Below, piece after piece: positions 44,235 through 56,880 of a DNA stretch of 64,000 bases. The first letter of the stretch is position 1. The number at the start of each line of letters is the position of its first letter. Source of the stretch: the human T2T-CHM13v2.0 reference genome, Homo sapiens. The notes below the pieces were generated by a model that did no database searches, was not told where the DNA came from, and saw nothing but the letters and a program-made list of their open reading frames with translations. Location: NCBI RefSeq assembly GCF_009914755.1, contig NC_060939.1. One strand, given 5' to 3'. The translations under genes were made by a program, and so were the position numbers.

Positions 44235-45440
44235 AACTGCCCTTCTTAGGATCACTGATGAGATTCAAATGACCGGTGTCCTCTGTCTCTCTCTCTCTCT
44301 CCCCATCTTTGTTGACCTCTGGGCAGCATTTCACACAACTAACCAACTCCTCCTTCTTGAATCACTTTCTTTTTTAGCTTCCACTCTTTCCAGGTTCTCC
44401 TTTTCAGTTTCTTTTTCTTCTTCTCTCTTTCTTAACCTCTAAATGTGTTGTGCTCCAGGGATCAGTCATTAGCCTTTCTGCTTTGTGTATACACTCTCCC
44501 TGGATGGTCTCATTTGTTCCCACTCTCTAGGTACTATCTAAGCCATTATCACTTTCAGTTTTCTCTCCCAGGCTTAATCTCCCTTCTAAGCTCCAGATGT
44601 ATTATTCAGCTGCTTAGTTTACATCTCTTCCTGGCTGACTAATAGGGATCTCAAACTGAATGTGTATAAAACATGTCTTGAATTTCTACCTTCTTCCTCA
44701 ATGATCCCCGTGCCTGTTCTCCAGTCTTTCCTGTCTAAATAAATGGCACTGACATACACTCACTGCGTTAGGCCAAAGTTATGATTCATTCTTGGTTCTC
44801 CCTTCTCTCTCATTCCCTCGTATTCAATCCCTCATGTAGTTTTATTCACCCTACCTTCAATATAACTGGACCACTTCTTGTCATCCCAGCCACTCTCTTC
44901 AGTCTACAGACTGGACCAGAGCTGTAGAGCTGCAGTGGCTCTTCGATCTCATCTTCTAGCTTTCACTCTGGTCCACCTATAATCTCACCTCCACATAGAA
45001 AAGTGAACTCTTAAATATCCAAGTTGGTTCAAGTTCCCTCTCAACTCCTTCTCCGCTGGCTTCCCATCACCAGCAGGGCACCCCTTGATGGTGAGCTCCT
45101 CAACCACCACATACCAATCCCTATAGCTCCTTCTGCTCCTGCGTGCCTCATGGACACTGCCCTCTTGCCTCATGGCACTCTGCACCTCGGTCCCTTCACC
45201 TGCCTCTGCTCAGGCTGTGCTTGCAGCTCCTCTCATGACTCCCTCTTTCCTACCATTCAGAGCTCTGCTCACTTCCCAGGGACAACTCCTCAGACCATTT
45301 CCTCCTTAGTCCAGCCTCATATTGTGCCTTGTTTTTAAAATGACACTTATCACTGTCACTTTTTTGTTTTATCTTATTACTCTAGTCCTGGAATAATGCC
45401 TGACACCTAGTATGTGCTAAATAAATATATAAACAAATAA
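44235..45440 (+). mobile_element. L2 (L2a-like), ~1.2 kb
   Basis: ttgacctctgggcagcatttcacaca...ctccttcttgaa...atctcaaactgaatgtg...cctggaataatgcctgacacctagtatgtgctaaataaata. Confidence 0.85.
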
Positions 45441-46199
45441 CAGAATTATTACCAAGTTAGGGGTGGGCAAATTAATACACACAGAGGTGGAGGCCCTCCT
45501 GAAGTTTCCACGATGTGGGGAACTTACTATGTACTTACCTCTTGTCTCAAAGGGCTTCATCTAAGCCATCTAAGCCTCAGTGGCTGAGGGCCTGGATGCT
45601 CTGGGAAATGCCCCTGAAGCTGCCCTCCACAGCTCTTGGGACCATTCAAGTTCTGCCTTCTGCCCCTCCATGCCATTCCAAACCCTCCTACTGCTGTGAG
45701 CCTGCATTCTCCTTTCTATCTGGTCAGATGGCACCAATCTTGCTCTATAGACTGAGATCAGTGCCCCACACTCCAGCCAAGTAGAGCAGTTCAGACTTGT
45801 TGGACTTAGTTATCTAGGTGTCTATCCACCTGGCTTTTACATTTCCATACGGCTAGCTTTAGACTGATGGATTCCACATCAAGGTAGAAAGACAGGATAT
45901 TACACTTGGATTTTCAACCTCCCTTACAGTGTTCCAATGTTAGTCTTAATTTTGGCTGTGATCATGGTGTTGAGTTCATTTCCAGTGCTTTATATGAGAT
46001 TTTCTTTATTAGCGCCTACTTGAGCACATTCTTATTTTAAATCTATCACAAATGTATTATTACTTATTCATTTTTACTCCTAAAATTTGTCCATAAACAT
46101 TGAAGTACATTTTGATTATAAATAAAAAATCATAGCTTTTCAGAAACAAAAAAAATCCAGGAAAGAATGTATTTCAATTAGGTATTTATTTTTAAAAAC

Positions 46200-47050
46200 T
46201 TGTCTTTAAAAAATAAAGTTCTTGTGTTATTATGAAATCAATACATGCTCATACTACAAATGAGGAAAAACTCCAGAAAACAGAAGGATCACTTCCATTA
46301 GTTACGTTCTATACACACAGTCACTATTATATGTGCGTGCATTTCCATCTCTTATTTTTGCTATGTATTTGAAGCATAATTATAATCTTCTCATATATAT
46401 AATATATAACAATAAAAACAACATATACATTTTCTGATTATAAGTATAATACATAGTTATTGTATAACATTGGAATATAAATGAAAGAACCTACAAATCT
46501 ATGTTTTTAATTATAAAAGTTATACATAATCAGCAAATATTGGAATATCTTATAAAAATGAACATGAAAAACATCTGGAATTCCACTCAATGGAATAATT
46601 ATTATTTACATTTTGATATATACCAGTCCACATATTTTGTGTTGTATATATTAATTATATAAGTAATATATTCAATATAATATGTATTTATATATAAAAG
46701 ACATATATATGTTATTGAGCTCTAGAGGAGAATATACAATGTATATAAATATTTGATCATCATTTATAGAGCGAAATCCTTGAGTCTTATTCAAAGATTA
46801 TATAAAAAAGGGCTAAGTAACAGAAATATCTGCCAAAGGTAGATTATTTACCTTTTCCAGTTATACAAAAACTAATGAAGTGGTTGTACAATATAGGGTT
46901 TACCACTGCAGTAAATCATTACTCAAATTCCTTGGCAGGGAAATTAAACATGATTTCCTGAAGGTAACTCTATGTAGTAGGGAAAAGAATTTTTTTCTGT
47001 CTAATGATTCACTTGGCACATTTTTCCAATTAGTTGAGCCACTGTTGGAT
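46200..47050 (-). mobile_element. AT-rich degenerate L1M(E/C)-like sequence
   Basis: ttattatgaaatcaatacatgctcat... and ttataaaagttatacataatcagcaaatattggaat resemble old L1ME 3'UTR antisense. Confidence 0.35.
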
Positions 47051-47263
47051 TATGGGTTTTTGTAAGGCACAACATTTTTAGAAAATTATAAAATATATTA
47101 TATTTTTAAAAAGTTAAAAAAATGTAGTCTTAAGGACAATAACTGGGCCATTTTCATTTTTGCATTTCTAGGACTTGGCTCAACACATACTTATTGTAAT
47201 GAATAAGTCAAATAAAACATCAGTTGTAATGTGCTTCCATATCTTTACTGTTCTCTTTTTAGT

Positions 47264-47661
47264 TGTCTTAGTCCATTTTCTGCTGTTATAACAGAATACC
47301 ACAGATTGGGTAATTTCACAGAAAAATGTTTTATTTGGTTCATGGTTCTGAAGGCTGTGAAGTCCAAGATTGAGAGGCTGCATCTGGTGAGGGCCTTCTT
47401 GCTGCATCAAAACGTGGCACCAGGCAGCATATGGCGAGGAAGATGATTGAGACAGAGAGAAAATGGTGGCTGTGCTTATCTTTTTATCAGGAGCCCACTC
47501 CCTCTGTAAGTAAACAACTCAACTGATAACAGTATTAATCCATTCATGAGGGTAGAGCCCCCAAGACCTAATCACCTTTTAAAGATCCCACCTCTTAATA
47601 CTGTCATGATGGCAATTTAATTTCAACATGAATTTTGGAGGGGGACATTCAAGCCATAGAA
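47264..47661 (-). mobile_element. MaLR solo LTR (MSTC/MSTB2-like)
   Basis: tgtcttagtccattttctgctgttataacagaataccacagattgggtaattt...aagtccaagattgag...attaatccattcatgagggtagagccc...cccacctcttaatactg...acattcaagccatag. Confidence 0.9.
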
Positions 47662-49169
47662 TTAATGAAAATTTAAAATATGCCAGTTGTAAAATTGTAA
47701 AAAGTACAAACATTTAATTCGGAAGACAAAAAGACCTGTAAAATTAACGTGTGGCTGCTTTTGTTTCATTTCTTTCATTTTAGCTCCATTAAGTGGCCAA
47801 AAGAGTGGACATTCTAAGACTTCATTCCCATTTTAGCTTTGTCTCAGCAGCTGGGCAGCCACAGCTACCCAATTTCACCAGCAGGACTTGCAGATGAACC
47901 CATCAGCCTTTGAATCTTACCTCAGGCTCTTTGGGTCAGAGAATAAACCACTGTCAAAGCAAGCGGGAAACTTCTGCCTCAGTTGTGTGGCCTGAAGATA
48001 CACAGCTCAAGCTCCTCACTTGTTTTTACTGACCTTAATTTTTCACTTGTAGAAATATCCTCTTTATACTGAAGGAAAAATATTCTTTTTAATCATTGTT
48101 CTTCTCTGGAAAGAACACGCAGGATTCTTTTTCTTTTTTTTTTAAGAGCTAGGAATCCAGTTGTTAATAATCACTTACATGGGTCTGGGATGTTACATAG
48201 GTACAACAAATCTATTTACTTTTGTTAAATAAAATGAATAGTTTTTGTGATAAGAGTTACATCCAAGGTTTTTATATATTATGCAAACTTGAACACCCAT
48301 GTACAACAACCTAACACTTGAAATTTGCTTGCTTTTAAAATTAGTTATCTAATAAAAATAGCAATAAAGATAGCAATCCTTATTCTTAGGCCATAGTGTC
48401 AGAGGTAGATACAGAAAAACCTTTTTTTCTGATTACTGAATTGTAGTTTTTAATTTACTGAATGATCAATTACTTTTAAAAAACGCTATTTAAATTGTTT
48501 CTTAAAGAAACATCTACCTGAATAATAAAATCACACAATTTTCTAAAGCCCCAAGAAGCTAAATGGTTTGCTTAAGGTCAGCCACCAAAGACTGGGACCC
48601 ACTTCTCCTGGCTCCCAGAGAGTTGCATCATTGATTACACCATTGTGCTATTTGCATTGATAATGGTTGATAACTAAGTCTTAAAAATTTCTAGATCCAT
48701 CACCAGGGTCTCTAATGTAGGCGGTGATCTCCAAGCTAAGTATCCTTATGAAACCATTTGGAAGAAGATTTAAACTGGCTGGAAAGTTTAATGCTATTAG
48801 AAAATATTCATTTTGGTAAGTACATTCTGAATGTTGTGTGTGTGTGTCAATACTCAACATATTAGACTATTTTTTTGTCATCAGTAGCTGTAGTTTATTG
48901 GCTGGGCAATCAGATGAATATCTTTCTGTAATCTTAGCTCCACTAACTTCCTTGGGACACCTCAATTCAATAATATTCAAATGAGTAGTTTATACTATTC
49001 TATAATGCATTAATCTACATTTGTAGACTCAAATTAAAAAATTCAATTGAAAAGGAATCAGTGGGAAAATGCAATGTGGTAAGCCTACTTCTGAGCAAAT
49101 TGTGTCAGGAGTTGCTGAGTGAGTCTTTGCTATAATCTTGGCCTTCCATTTATTATTTATTGGGGACAT

Positions 49170-49400
49170 AATTTTGCACTTGTAAGTCATATGGACCTGA
49201 ATTGGACTTTCCAGCTTTTTCACTTACTAGGTTTGTGAACTAAGAGAGTTATTCAGCTTTCCTAAGTCTCAGTCCTCATCTGCTAGGTGGGAGAGTAATA
49301 ATATCCACGGTGGAGAGTTATGGTGAAGATTATGTAAGACGTGGTGGATAAAATGCTTAGCACAGTTACTTCCATATATTATTCATTCAATGAACAGTAT
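49170..49400 (+). mobile_element. MIR SINE
   Basis: cacttactaggtttgtgaactaag...gttattcagctttcctaagtctcagtcctcatctg...gtgaagattatgtaaga...aaaatgcttagcacagt. Confidence 0.75.
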
Positions 49401-51455
49401 CCACTAATAACTAGCACTGGATGCCTCTACCTAGTATTAATATAATTACGTATTAAGATGTAGGAGACAACTCAAACTGCAACTTACTATGGAGATGGTG
49501 GTGGAAATATGCTTTGGACTGAAAACTGATTATAGGGATCAATTTCTTGTACAATTATGATGGAATTTATGAGACGAATGGGTTGCTGCTGCCCTCTTTG
49601 GTAAGGAAAATGGAACCTTCCAGTCTCTATGATCTCCCTCTAGTGTTTGAAATTTACGGATGCTAAAACATAATTAAAATTAGCTAAAATAATTCATATT
49701 CTTTTCTAGGCACAGCGGCCCCCTGCTCTGCTCTGCTTTCAGATCATGCATGTCTGTGACATCCGTGAGCGCTGATGGTGCACGCTTCCAGTCATTTTCC
49801 TGGTAAGTGTATTCAGTGATGGCATCAAATTCAGCGGTTGGAAGTCTTGCCTCAGGCCTTGGAGCTAAATACACTGAAGTCACTTGAATATGAAATTCCT
49901 TAAAGTCGTTTAACGTACTCATTAATTTCAAACGTTTGGACAAAAATTGCGAATTTGGCAAGTTTTCTCAGAAGTTGGGTACACTGAGTCCTGAGTACGA
50001 CTCAGCAATTAAAAAAAAGAATCACTCGCAATGTCGAGAAATGATCCCACCAAAATACAAAGGTTTAATTTCATCAGGGAATTTCTAATTAATGACGTTT
50101 GAGTGGGTTTTAAATTCCCCAACCACATTTCCATCATTCTTACTCAACACTTGGGGAAGGTTTAAGCCTTAGGGCATCTTTTAGATGAATGCTAGTAGCC
50201 ACATTTATGCTGAATGGAACAGCACCAGTAAATGCAATTATAGCAGAAAAGAAAGCTTGCATTCCCAGGGTACGCACTCACACTCCGTTACAGTGCCCCA
50301 TCCACGTTTCTTTGTTTCATTGTACTGAAGAGTAATAGCAAACGGCTAACCCAAAGTATGAAACCGTCTTGATTTAATATTTCCCTTGGCCAATCCAAGA
50401 GACACTCCCTTGCTTTTATGTGGGCGCTGTTTAGGATTGATATGTGCAAGTACTTTTCCAACAGCAAAGTAGGGAGGAGGTTTCTCTTGCTTCTGAAACC
50501 TCATTGGGCTGATCCTGCAGTCTCATACCTGAGTAAGATGCTTTTGGTTTTCTGGGATTCCATTGCGAGGTGCAAGACATGATTTCTGGAAGGCTCTTAG
50601 TGTCCTGGGGGGCCGATTTCATCCAGCAGCGTAAGCAACTAACACACACACAGGCCAATTTACTCACTGTAGGACTGGCTTTCTATTTTGGCTGCCAAGA
50701 ATCTCTGAATCCTCTCGCAGTGCTGGTGCAGAAGAGGGTTTTCCTTAAGTTATATGGAGACTCAGCAGAAATGAGATTGTAGTAAAGACTAAAGGGAAAA
50801 AAAGGGGGCATGATGGTTCAAAGGGTTGCCGAACATAAGAAGTGCGTCCACGTATTCTTCTACTCAGCATCTTTATAGAAGCGTATTTTTGGAAATTGCC
50901 ACATTTCTTAAATGCCTTAAACACCTATAATTTCCAGTTCAGAGACTCCGGCTTCATGATACCCTGAATTGTCTTCTTTATTCATCACAAGAGTGCTATG
51001 AAATTCTAAAATTCAAGTTAACTTTAATAAACTATGTGTAATGTGTATAGATCCACATGAACTTGTAATACAGTTTAGAAGGGGGAGTTCTTTTAAAGCA
51101 ATGTAAAACTGACTGATAAACTGTGATGGCTTCATAAAAATTGGGTAACAAGAAATCCCAATATAGAGAGATGACTGAAATGGCAATAGAAACAGGGTAG
51201 TGGCAGGTAATTATAGGTTTCAATGCTGCTATGGCTGTGGAAGAGTAAATATAGCACTAAAAATACTGCAAGTGAGAAAATGCTTAGACATCTTTTATAT
51301 GCACATATTGGTATGCCATGAAGAAAGAAAATGCATGTTTATATTATTTATTGATAAGGGAGTTAATATTGACAAAGAAAAACTTTGGATTCTGTAAAAT
51401 CTACCACTTTTCACTTGCTGGACACCAATGCTAAAGGATGATGTTTTACAGTATC

Positions 51456-51640
51456 AGCGTTTCCCAAAGACTGTCTAAGATCTGGAATCATCAGAAACAA
51501 TGTTCTAAAGATTCGGTCACAGCCACCACATTCGTAGAAATCCTGACTCACTAGATGGGATAAGAAAAGGAATAGGTATTTTTTTTTGAGAAAGTTCTGC
51601 AGAAGATGGTTCTGATGTGTAGTTGGGTTTAAACAATTTT
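51456..51640. mobile_element. MER5-like remnant
   Basis: cagcgtttcccaaa...ggaatcatcag...tcctgactcactagatggga...ggttctgatgtg...gggtttaaacaa. Confidence 0.5.
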
Positions 51641-52149
51641 AGAGCTTGCCTCTTGTCCTCAAAAGCTTAAACACAATTCAAGCAAGGCAGGTCAATGAGG
51701 AAAATAAGTACAGTAGTTATGTTTGCTTAGCAAAAAACTTTAGATAGCTTAGCAAATCTACTTCAAGAGCTCCTCAGAACAGCAGGATAGTAGTTTATAG
51801 TGTCCAGCAAAGGCAGGCTCGGTATAACGTTTAGGTGGGAATGATATAACTTGTTTTATTATTTTAGAAAGCAGTTACTGGTTGCATTACTGCTTAGGTT
51901 AAGCCATTTTTTGAGTCACAGTTTCCTCATCTGTTGGGAGGAGGTTGTTTATTTGAGACCAATCAGCAATAGTTCTAGAAGTCTATGATAAAATATTTTT
52001 AAGATAATGGAAAAATACAAAGTAGTGGCTGCATTTACCTAGACACATATCGGAAGGGAATCGGGAGACAATGTGCCTGTCTAAAAGAAATAGACAGACA
52101 ATTATAGACAATAGCTGTCTAAAAGAAAAGAAAATAAGGAGGAGGAGAT

Positions 52150-52377
52150 GGCTAAAAATATATTGAGCAGTAATTACATGAGTCAGGCCCAGTGCTAAGC
52201 ACTTAGTATAAATTATTTAATTTTAATCTTCATGTAAACCCTAAGAGGTTAGACAGGTCTGCAAAATGAGAAAACCAAGGCATAGCAAGGTGAAACCTAT
52301 GTTCCTAAGGACACATGTGAAAGAAAGACAGAACAGGAGTTTGAACCAGGAGGGCTGACTTTGTGCTCTGAATCACA
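52150..52377 (-). mobile_element. MIR SINE
   Basis: tattgagcag...caggcccagtgctaagcactt...tttaatcttcat...aaccctaagaggt...aatgagaaaaccaaggcatagcaaggtgaa...ggagtttgaacc. Confidence 0.8.
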
Positions 52378-53982
52378 TTATTTTCAGCCTCAAAATATAC
52401 ATATATTTGATAATATAGATTGGATTTAGTAGATTACTACAGATAGCATCCAGTGGCCCCTTCAGATAATACTGCTTATTTTGAAAGAACTTCCTAATCA
52501 TTTTTCCTGTAATTTCTCCTCTCCTCACTTCCTCTCTGATATCTGGTAGCTGTGGCAGATGATGAGGTTCAAAAGCATGCCTTAGTTTGAAGCTTACCAA
52601 CATGACTTCGAACACCAGCCTTGTGATGGTGTATCTTGCTGCCAAATGCCTTTTTAATTTTTCTTTCCCTCTGTAAGATACTATTTACCAGTGTCCAATC
52701 ACAGGTTTGTTAAAAGTTTCACAACTTTCCTTTTGATAGTGATGCTGAAATTATGTTCCAAATGACTGAAGAAGTCAAGATGTTAAATAACCTGGACATC
52801 ATTGAAGAGGAAAAAAAATTATTTAATAATTGACTACTCTTTCTATTGTTACTTTATTTTCAAGTTCTGTGGAAATAGGCTCCCTGCTGTTTGCAGTTTC
52901 TGGCTATCTTTATTCACCTCATTATTCATTCCGTCTTACCCCTCTCCCTGCTAATCAGCCCCAGTGTCATAGGTTTGGAAGCCTGGGTTGATTGTATGTT
53001 CTCTTTTGGATTCCGAGTGACTAGTAGACCCAGGTGAAGAGTCAGCCAGTTGCCAAGGTCAAGGGTATATTTTGTGAACACCACAGCCGCATCTCACATA
53101 CAGTTTATGCAATGGTTACACTTCAAGGTCACAGTTCACTGAGAATTTCCATAAATCTGATGGGTAATGTGCCCAATGAGATTAGAGAGGGCTTCATGTG
53201 ATCACGGTCAAATGAAAATATCTTATGTTAATTTCCTAGTACAAGCTTGAAGCAGGTAGTTAATACCTCTTTGTGAAGAGCTAGAGACACACACTGGGAA
53301 GAAACACAAGCTGTTGTCTAAATAGAAAGATGAAGCATGTGGAGCTCCTAATAGAGAAAAATGTAGATGCCAGATCAGCAGAATTTTGCTGCTAGGTTTG
53401 TGTCCATTCCCTTATGTATTCTATATTATCTGTTAACTCTTACCCTAATTGTTACCCTAAAATACATTTCTCACTTAAATCAATTCGATAAGTTGCATTT
53501 ATATGCTTAGATGTCAACACATTCTTCAAGTTATTTTGTTGCAAAATACAAAACCAAGAAGGACAAAAAAGCATTAGCAAATGGAGGGTTGTTTACAGAT
53601 TTAATCTCTGACTATTTATCCATATACGCATTTTTCTTTTAAGCTTTGACCTGAATCAACCCAATTCAATTCAGAAAAGCGCATTTTAAACTCTCCATCT
53701 TGGAACTGATACAAAAACGCGGACCGTACTTACATTTGAAAATAAAACAGCATTAATATTTCAAAGCAATTTTAAGAAGAGCACTGAGGACAACAGACTT
53801 GTTAACTATCTCAGCCTCTGGTCACTCAACACGGCTGAGAAGTCTAAGTCATAACCATAGTCTTACATCTTCATTGAATATGCTGAGAAATGCCCAGGTG
53901 TAAATATAATTCAAAAAATAAATGCAGGGACTTAACCATATCTTATTAATGACCAGGGACTGTTTGTTAGTATTGTAGAGAT

Positions 53983-54350
53983 TCCATTCAATTTAACACG
54001 TTTATTGACCACCTTCCTGTCTCTCACCAGGCCTCTGGGATAAATGATGTTGGGGAGAACCTGGAGAACAATCAGGTGGTTTCTGCAGAAGCTCTGTAAA
54101 ACATCATTAGGGAGGCAGGGTCTTCCTGGGGAACAAGTGGGAAATACCATCAAAGTGCATGTGATCCAATGATGAGGTGGCAAATCCAGGCAGGAGCACT
54201 CAAGATAAAAACCAGGAAAAATTGGTGGAGCTCAGTGCACTTGGGGAATGAGGTTCTAGAATGGCTCTGGAGGACGGGGTAGAATTTGGGAAAGAAGGGA
54301 GGGAAAACAAGGGCAATTTAAGGTGCAAGAATATCCTGAGGTCAAGAGAG
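53983..54350 (-). mobile_element. L2 3' fragment
   Basis: cattcaatttaacacgtttattgaccacct...caggcctctgggat is an antisense L2 terminus. Confidence 0.5.
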
Positions 54351-54569
54351 ACAATGGGCCTAATTTGTTCAAGGGTCTGCAAGCTAAATAAGCAAAGATG
54401 GTGGGAGGCAGAAGACTCCAGTTCCTGTCCTGGGTCTGACACATCCCTCCTGCATGACCGCAGAAAATTGAGTTAACCTATTTCCTCGCCAGAGAGATGA
54501 GAGCATTACAGCAGCATCTTCAAGGTCTTTCCCAGTCAAACCCTCCCTCTGCCTTGGAGCTTAGGGGCT

Positions 54570-54740
54570 CTGATATGGGGTCTGGAGTCAAAGAGAATTG
54601 AGTTCTAGTCCTGGCTTGAATTAATTGTGATAACTATCTTCCTAACCCCTGGAAGTCCTTCATTAAAATGGAGACCACAATGGCATGACAGTGGTTGAGA
54701 AAAATGGATACGCTTGGTATAGAGTAAATGCTTAGAACAG
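54570..54740 (+). mobile_element. MIR SINE
   Basis: gggtctggagtcaaagagaattgagttctagtcctggctt...tgtgataact...cttcattaaaatggag. Confidence 0.6.
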
Positions 54741-55479
54741 GTTAGTGATTTAGTGATTTTGCAAATTCTACGAAGAATGATTTTTTTTTTTTACAAAGAA
54801 TGTCTGGAGAATTTAGGTGGTAGTTTTCAGTATCTACTGATCAATATTAACTATTGATCAATAGATATTTATTATAGGTTGAATAAGATGACATTTTTGG
54901 TAGTTATAAAGACCTTGCTTGCCTGTAGCAGAAATGTGGGCTGTAAGGAATGGGAAATGAGACCCGTGATGGTTTAACAGTACTTGTTACAAAGAAAGTG
55001 AAATTTTAGAAAGATTAACCTGGAGGCAGGGTTATATGTGGATCTGAACAGATGAACTCTAGGTGTAATATACTAGAGGTGGCATATAGTATTGAAGAAC
55101 AAGGTTTAATTAGGAAAGACATGACAAAAAGAGAACGTGGTGACTCCTTAAGTGACAGGGAGAAAATGCATATGCATGATTCAGAGCCCCAGTAGCCAGA
55201 AGAATAGTGAAACCAGGAACAGAGATGGGGAGATTTGGAGACAAATCCATGATAGTTCTGGTACAATTGTGGAGAAAACAAACTTAGATGTGAAACCACT
55301 GAATTTCAGAGAATGGCTAGCATGTCTATTGCCTGCAAGTGGTCAAAAATATGCAACTCATGAGCTTTGTGAGGAAAGGGCCAGACATGGCAGTTTCAGG
55401 CTTTTACATACAGGTGTTCAGGGAAGCTGAGAAGAGATGAGAAGGTGGAGAGTCATGCTGCCCTACCTGGCTGCCCATG

Positions 55480-55605
55480 ACCATCACCTGGGTGGTGTTA
55501 AAAATACCAATGCTCAGGTTATATCCCAAGATGATTTTGATAAAATTGGTCTCGGGGTACAGTGTGGGGATGGAAATTTTTAAAACCCCAGCAGTTATCC
55601 CTGAA
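55480..55605. mobile_element. MER5A-like remnant
   Basis: atcacctggg...gttaaaaataccaatgctcagg...cccaagatgattttgataaaattggtctcgggg...tttttaaaacccc. Confidence 0.6.
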
Positions 55606-56221
55606 GAGAAAAAAGAAAAGACCATAGACCATGAGTTCAGCCAACTATGAAGAGTGAGGAGAAAGAGAAGCACCTGATGAAGATTCACCTACAAATACCA
55701 GGCTCCTGGGCTGGGGCTTTGCATATGCATTATCTTGTATCGTTCTCATAGCTGTTCTCTGGTTCTCTGGGGGATGTTCTAACTCCAGCCTGAGATTCAG
55801 AAAGAGGGTGGAATGCATGGAAGGCCCCCCAGCTCCGACTCTGCAGTCATTGTTTCTAAGAGGAAAAAAAAAATGTCTTGAAGAGGAAAGTGAAGAACAA
55901 AAAATTGACTAGAGTGACACCTCGTATGTCCAGACCTAACAGCACACTTCGGCTCTCTACAAGCAAGAGTCTAAATTTAGTGTCAAATAACACTGTAAAA
56001 ACATATTCCAAAAATTAGTTGGCTCTCTGTTTATTCATTTTATTCAAAACTTCATGTCTCACTCAAACCCTGCATTTTTTAGTTTGTATACAATTCTAAC
56101 CAGTTTAGAAAACTGATGTACCAGCTCAGTAAATGAAAAACAGCAATTTCAGAGGGGAGAACAGGTAGAGAAGGACTAGATAATAACCAGTAAGCCAAGA
56201 AGAAGACTTAGGAGTAGAAAT

Positions 56222-56290
56222 GTAACACTTATTGAGCATTTATTATGTGACAGGTACTATTAGAGATGCTTAACACACACGCCCTCACTT
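56222..56290 (-). mobile_element. MIR, part 1 (split by LTR)
   Basis: aacacttattgagcatttattatgtgacaggtactattagagatgcttaacacac. Confidence 0.6.
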
Positions 56291-56294
56291 AGTT

Positions 56295-56750
56295 CTGCAG
56301 TGGATGTATGCTCTGCACAGCCTCTGAACTCGTTCTTTTGGGATATTTCCGTGGTGTAGGTTTTGGAGACGTTGGATTCTGCTTCCACAAGAACTCTAAA
56401 AGGAGCCATTTTCCTTTCCCTTTCCGTATTCTTTGCCAACCAGGTGGCCTTCCAATGGGTGAGGTGTACTGTGATGGCAGAAGGACAACCAGAGATTGTG
56501 TTGATGTCTCAGTGTGGCACTGAAGATCTGATAGCAGCACGCCCTGTGAAGGCGTCTACCTGGACGGATAACTGGCTTCCCTGTGTTCTTTCCTGCCTAG
56601 GCTTTTGGTTCCTGCTCATTTTCCTTGGTCAGTTTCCCATATTTTTCTTCAATTCTGTGAGTTACCTGGCATCTTTCCAAATGTTTATTTTCCACTTAAA
56701 CTAGCCAGTGTCCCTTTCTCTTATTTGCAATTAAGAATCTTGGGTAGCCC
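56295..56750 (+). mobile_element. ERVL solo LTR (LTR33-like)
   Basis: 3' end tcaattctgtgagttacctggcatctttccaaatg...cacttaaactagccagtgtccctttctcttatttgcaattaagaatc matches the LTR33/LTR16-type terminus. Confidence 0.7.
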
Positions 56751-56754
56751 AAAT

Positions 56755-56880
56755 GCTCATGACAACTCTCAGAGGCATATTTAACTATGTACGTTCTGAT
56801 GGAGGAAGAAACAGAAGTTCAGAGAGCTTAGGCAACTCAACATCACAGAGCTAGGGAGTGGCAGAGCCAGGGTCCCATAA
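56755..56880 (-). mobile_element. MIR, part 2
   Basis: ctcatgacaactctcagagg...gaagaaacagaagttcagagagcttaggcaact...tcacagagctagggagtggcagagccaggg. Confidence 0.7.
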
